A stretch of 64,000 bases of DNA from Alphaproteobacteria bacterium. GTDB taxonomy: Bacteria; Pseudomonadota; Alphaproteobacteria; GCA-2731375. The notes beneath the pieces are model-generated. The model did no database searches. It had not been told where the DNA came from and saw nothing but the letters and a program-made list of their open reading frames with translations. Position 1 is the first letter of the stretch. The number at the start of each line of letters is the position of its first letter. This document shows positions 60,304 through 64,000 of the stretch, piece after piece. The stretch spans positions 1,376,001 to 1,440,000 of the forward strand of contig CBDDPY010000002.1 in assembly GCA_965232515.1 (NCBI GenBank), read 5' to 3'. The translations under genes and the position numbers were made by a program.

Positions 60304-60321
60304 CGCCGACGGTTCGCGGCG

Positions 60322-60768
60322 TCAGTTTCGCTCGATCAATTCGATCTTGTAGCCGTCGGGGTCTTCGACGAAGGCGATGACGCTGCCGCCATGCTTCATC
60401 GGGCCGGGCGGGCGCGGAATGTTGACGCCCTCGGCTTCGAGGCGCTCGCAAACCCCATAGATATCGGGCACGCCCACGGCGAGATGGCCAAAGGCATCGC
60501 CGAGATCATAGGGCTCTTCCTGACCCCAATTGTGGGTCAGCTCGATGACGCTGTTGTCCTCTTCCCTGCCATAGCCGACAAAGGCCAGCGTAAACTCTCC
60601 GGTCGGAAAATCCTTTTTGCGCAGCAGGTTCATGCCGAGCAGCCGGGTATAGAAATCGAGCGACTTGTCGAGGTCGCGAACCCGGATCATGGTGTGCAGC
60701 AGTCTGAACTTATCGGCGCCCGGCGTCGGGGTTTTGGCGTCGGCGCCGGAATCGGCAGTGATCGTCAT
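60322..60768 (-). CDS. gloA: Lactoylglutathione lyase (glyoxalase I)
   Basis: LHTMIRV, ELTHNW, FGHLA, DPDGYKIE. Confidence 0.93.
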   Translation of the reverse strand: MTITADSGADAKTPTPGADKFRLLHTMIRVRDLDKSLDFYTRLLGMNLLRKKDFPTGEFTLAFVGYGREEDNSVIELTHNWGQEEPYDLGDAFGHLAVGVPDIYGVCERLEAEGVNIPRPPGPMKHGGSVIAFVEDPDGYKIELIERN

Positions 60769-60822
60769 GGCCATCCTCTGGAGCAATGAGTATCGGTTGT
60801 GTCAATGCTGCGCGGCCGCGAC

Positions 60823-61998
60823 CTATGGGCGTTTGCGCGGCCCTTGCGTGATTACTTTTAGCACGGCCTCGGCGGCCCGCAAACTCGGCGGCGGCCCGTC
60901 GCCGGCCAGTCGTCCGGCAACTTCCCTGGCGATGGCCTGCTGCCGGCAGTGAGCCCTACCGTCGGCCAGCAAGCCTTGCAGCGTGGCGGCGATGCGATCG
61001 GGCTGACAATCGTCCTGCAGCAATTCGGGCGAGACCTCACGCTGAAGCAGGATGTTGACCAGAGATGCATGATCGACCCGGATAAGCCGCCGCGCCAGCA
61101 TGGCCGTCATCGGATTGATGCGATAGGCGACGACCGTCGGCAGGCCGGCAAGCGCCAGCTCGAGCGTCACGGTGCCCGATGCCGCCAACGCCGCATCGGC
61201 GGCCGCGAAAGCATCGTACTTCTCAGATGCCGGCGGCAGCATCACCGGCTGGCCGGGCCAGGCGCCGGCGCGCGCGCGGACCGCGTCGGTCACGGCCGGC
61301 GCGGCGACCAGAACCACGGCGAGACCCGGATCCGATCGACGCAGACGGGCAAGAGTCTCGGCATAAACCGGCATCAGCCGCGACACCTCGCCATGCCGGC
61401 TGCCGGGCAGCAGCACCAGCACCCGCGCGTCCGGCGCAATACCATGACGCCGGCGAAACGCGGCCCCATCGCCGCGGCCGGCGTCGGATTCGACGATCGA
61501 GTGCCCGACGACGGTACAAGGCAGGCCGTGCGGCTCGAAATAGGCGGGCTCGAAATCGAACAATGTCAGCAGATGGTCGAGCAGACCGGCGATCTTCGCC
61601 GCCCGGCCCGGGCGCCAGGCCCAGACCTGCGGCGCGACATAATGCACAAGGGGAATGCCCTGCCCGCGCAGACGCTGGGCCACGCGCAGGCTGAAGCCGG
61701 GCGAGTCGATGCTGACGACGACGTCGGGCCGTTCGGCGATGGCCGTCTCGGCAACCTGGCGGATACGCCGGAGCAACCCCAGTGCTCGCGGCAGCACTTC
61801 GAACAGGCCCATGACAGACAGTTCTTCGATCGGGAACAGGCTCGACAGCCCCTGCGCCGCCATGGCGTCCCCGCCGATTCCGGAAAAGCGAACCTGGTCC
61901 GAGGCACGTTGGCGTAGCGCCGCCATCAACCGCGCGCCCATGACATCGCCCGATGCCTCGCCGGCGATCAGCATGACGTGTGGGCCACCCGCGGTCAG
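60823..61998 (-). CDS. lpxB: Lipid-A-disaccharide synthase
   Basis: IAGEASGD, VAPQVWAWR, LPGSR, SGTVTLE; start either CTG 61998 or ATG 61974. Confidence 0.93.
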   Translation of the reverse strand: MTAGGPHVMLIAGEASGDVMGARLMAALRQRASDQVRFSGIGGDAMAAQGLSSLFPIEELSVMGLFEVLPRALGLLRRIRQVAETAIAERPDVVVSIDSPGFSLRVAQRLRGQGIPLVHYVAPQVWAWRPGRAAKIAGLLDHLLTLFDFEPAYFEPHGLPCTVVGHSIVESDAGRGDGAAFRRRHGIAPDARVLVLLPGSRHGEVSRLMPVYAETLARLRRSDPGLAVVLVAAPAVTDAVRARAGAWPGQPVMLPPASEKYDAFAAADAALAASGTVTLELALAGLPTVVAYRINPMTAMLARRLIRVDHASLVNILLQREVSPELLQDDCQPDRIAATLQGLLADGRAHCRQQAIAREVAGRLAGDGPPPSLRAAEAVLKVITQGPRKRP

Positions 61999-62825
61999 GA
62001 TGCGGCCTCCGGATCGATGCCGGTCACGAACAGGCCAACGGCGTCGGCCCGCGTGACCACGGCCTCGCGGTCGACCACCAGCGCTCCCCCCGCCTCGACC
62101 GCAATGCCGTGAAGGCCCGCGGCAATTGCGCGCTCGACCGTCGACACGCCAATGGTCGGCAGGTCGACCCGCCGTTCCTGCCCCGGCTTCGGCAGTTTCA
62201 CCAACACGCCCCCGGTCGTGTCGCCCTTCAGCTCGGCGCAGCGCGCCAGCATCGCGTCGGTGCCCTCGGCCGCTTCGACGGCCAGCACCAAGCCGTCTCG
62301 CACCACGGCTGCCTGTCCGACGTCGACGGCGCCCAACGCGCGCACCACCGCGACACCGCGCGCAATGTCCGCCAGATCGTCCGTTGCCGGGCCGTGCGCG
62401 CCCAGGTCGCCCATCGGCGCCGCCATTTCGGTCAAGATCTCGTCGGCGCCAACAACGCGAAAGCCTTCCTGCTCGAGGAACTGAACCACGACCGTCAGCA
62501 GCGCATCGTCGCCCTGCCGCGCCGCCCGCACGATCTTCGGCAGCAGCTTGACGCCGCGCCAATCGGGCTTGAGCGCCGAGAATTGCGGGCGATGCAAAGG
62601 GCCGATCAGCACGACCTCTTCGCAGGCGGCCGACTTCAGGGCGTCAACCGTGCCACCGACGGCGGCGAGATCACGCCAGGCATGATCGCAGTCATCGACG
62701 GTTGCGGGATCGGTCTCGCCATTGAAGGCGATGACAAAGACGTCGCGCCCCGTTGCCCGACAGGCCGAAATCAGGCGGGCAGGAATTTCGCCGCTGCCCG
62801 CCAGAATACCAAGCTTAGGCGCCAC
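61995..62825 (-). CDS. lpxI: UDP-2,3-diacylglucosamine diphosphatase LpxI
   Basis: [26 protein letters not shown]; lpxA-lpxI-lpxB synteny. Confidence 0.9.
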   Translation of the reverse strand: MAPKLGILAGSGEIPARLISACRATGRDVFVIAFNGETDPATVDDCDHAWRDLAAVGGTVDALKSAACEEVVLIGPLHRPQFSALKPDWRGVKLLPKIVRAARQGDDALLTVVVQFLEQEGFRVVGADEILTEMAAPMGDLGAHGPATDDLADIARGVAVVRALGAVDVGQAAVVRDGLVLAVEAAEGTDAMLARCAELKGDTTGGVLVKLPKPGQERRVDLPTIGVSTVERAIAAGLHGIAVEAGGALVVDREAVVTRADAVGLFVTGIDPEAAS

Positions 62826-63615
62826 GGCCGTTTTTCGGCTGACAGAGCGCGCGTGAGGAGTCCGTGCGAATGAACTCGACGATTTCCATGACCAGCGGAT
62901 TGTCATCGAACATCTTGGCGACGTCGTCGAGGCGTTCCTGAATCGTGCCTTCGGCCGCGAACAACAGCCGATAGGCGTTACGCAGGGCGTGGATCTGCTC
63001 GCGGTCGAAGCCTCGCCGTTTCAGGCCGACGATGTTGAGGCCGCTCAGATAGGCGCGATTGCCCATCACCGAGCCATACGGAATGACGTCGTTCTCGACC
63101 GCCGACATGCCGCCGACCATGGCGTGCTGGCCGATGCGCACGAACTGGTGCACACCGCTGAGGCCACCGACGATGGCATGGTCATGGACGATCACATGAC
63201 CGCCCAGCGTGACGTTGTTGACCAGGATCACGTGATCGCCGATCTGGCAGTCATGCGCCACATGGGCGCCGACCATGAACAGGCCGCCGTCGCCGATCCG
63301 GGTGATCCGTCCGCCGCCGTCGGTACCGGGGTTCATGGTCACGTGCTCGCGGATGATGTTGTCGACACCGATCGTCAGCTCGGAGTCCTCGCCCGCGAAC
63401 TTCTTGTCCTGCGGCGCAGCGCCGATCGAGGCGAACGGGAAGATCTGCGTGTTGGCGCCGACGGTCGTCCGTCCGGTGACGACGACATGGCCGGACAGCA
63501 CCACGCCATCGGCCAGCGTGACCTCGGGCCCGACAATGCTGTAGGGACCGATGCGCACATCGTCGCCGATGCGCGCACCGTCCTCGACGATGGCAGTCGG
63601 ATGAACTTCGGGCAT
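62815..63615 (-). CDS. lpxA: UDP-N-acetylglucosamine acyltransferase
   Basis: Hexapeptide repeats, [23 protein letters not shown]. Confidence 0.96.
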   Translation of the reverse strand: MPEVHPTAIVEDGARIGDDVRIGPYSIVGPEVTLADGVVLSGHVVVTGRTTVGANTQIFPFASIGAAPQDKKFAGEDSELTIGVDNIIREHVTMNPGTDGGGRITRIGDGGLFMVGAHVAHDCQIGDHVILVNNVTLGGHVIVHDHAIVGGLSGVHQFVRIGQHAMVGGMSAVENDVIPYGSVMGNRAYLSGLNIVGLKRRGFDREQIHALRNAYRLLFAAEGTIQERLDDVAKMFDDNPLVMEIVEFIRTDSSRALCQPKNGRGA

Positions 63616-63624
63616 GGATCAGAC

Positions 63625-64000
63625 CTATTCGTCGAGGATCATCGCGGCGAACTTCGCCTCGGCCACAAGCTGTCCGTCGACCTTCGCCTCGCCCACGAAA
63701 CGCCAGACATTGCCGCGGCTGCGATCCTTGCTGACGTGAATGCGCATGACATCCCCCGGGGTCACCGGTCGCCGGAACCGGCAATTGTCGATCGACATGA
63801 AGTAAACCAGCTTGCCTTCCGCTTCCGCGCCCAAGGTGTGCACGACCAGGACCGCCGCCGTTTGCGCCATCGATTCCACGATCATCACGCCCGGCATGAC
63901 CGGCCGGGACGGGAAATGCCCTTGAAACTGATGCTCGTTGATCGACACGTTCTTGATGCCGACGGCGCTGGTATCGGCCACCAGATCGACCACGCGGTCG
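63625..64000 (-). CDS. fabZ: 3-hydroxyacyl-ACP dehydratase (5' end outside window)
   Basis: KNVSINE, FQGHFP, PVMPGV..ESMAQ. Confidence 0.93.
   Translation of the reverse strand, partial: DRVVDLVADTSAVGIKNVSINEHQFQGHFPSRPVMPGVMIVESMAQTAAVLVVHTLGAEAEGKLVYFMSIDNCRFRRPVTPGDVMRIHVSKDRSRGNVWRFVGEAKVDGQLVAEAKFAAMILDE

Overview
GC-rich alphaproteobacterial chromosome segment (Rhodospirillales-like by gene content; inference). It is almost entirely core genes: mltB-rlpA-dacA-holB-metG-tatD, mazG, groESL, hflX-hfq-dat-trkHA-ntrXY-ntrCB-dusB, ispDF-pgpA-cinA, lipA-lpdA-pdhCBA, ftsB-eno-kdsA-pyrG-secG-tpiA, ppiD, trpDC-moaC-moeA-lexA, comEC, gltX-gltA, gloA, lpxB-lpxI-lpxA-fabZ. I saw no tRNA/rRNA, transposase, prophage or CRISPR array. 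The main non-coding signal is a XerCD dif-like site at 8862-8889. Gene orientation and the KOPS octamers I found converge on it, so the window probably spans the replication terminus. Several regulatory sites are recognisable (CIRCE, LexA, CueR, NtrC-like, CtrA). Small accessory insertions interrupt conserved synteny: LysR + secreted SnoaL-like protein abutting dif, a secreted HEXXH protein, a thiol dioxygenase + EgtC/Dug3-like amidohydrolase pair, and an atypical di-heme MauG/CcP-family protein plus an orphan cueR where trpE/trpG usually sit. tmk is missing from its usual position. No clearly novel multi-gene system is demonstrated. The best candidates are the dioxygenase/amidohydrolase pair, the di-heme protein and a phased 4x TTAAC array near dif.
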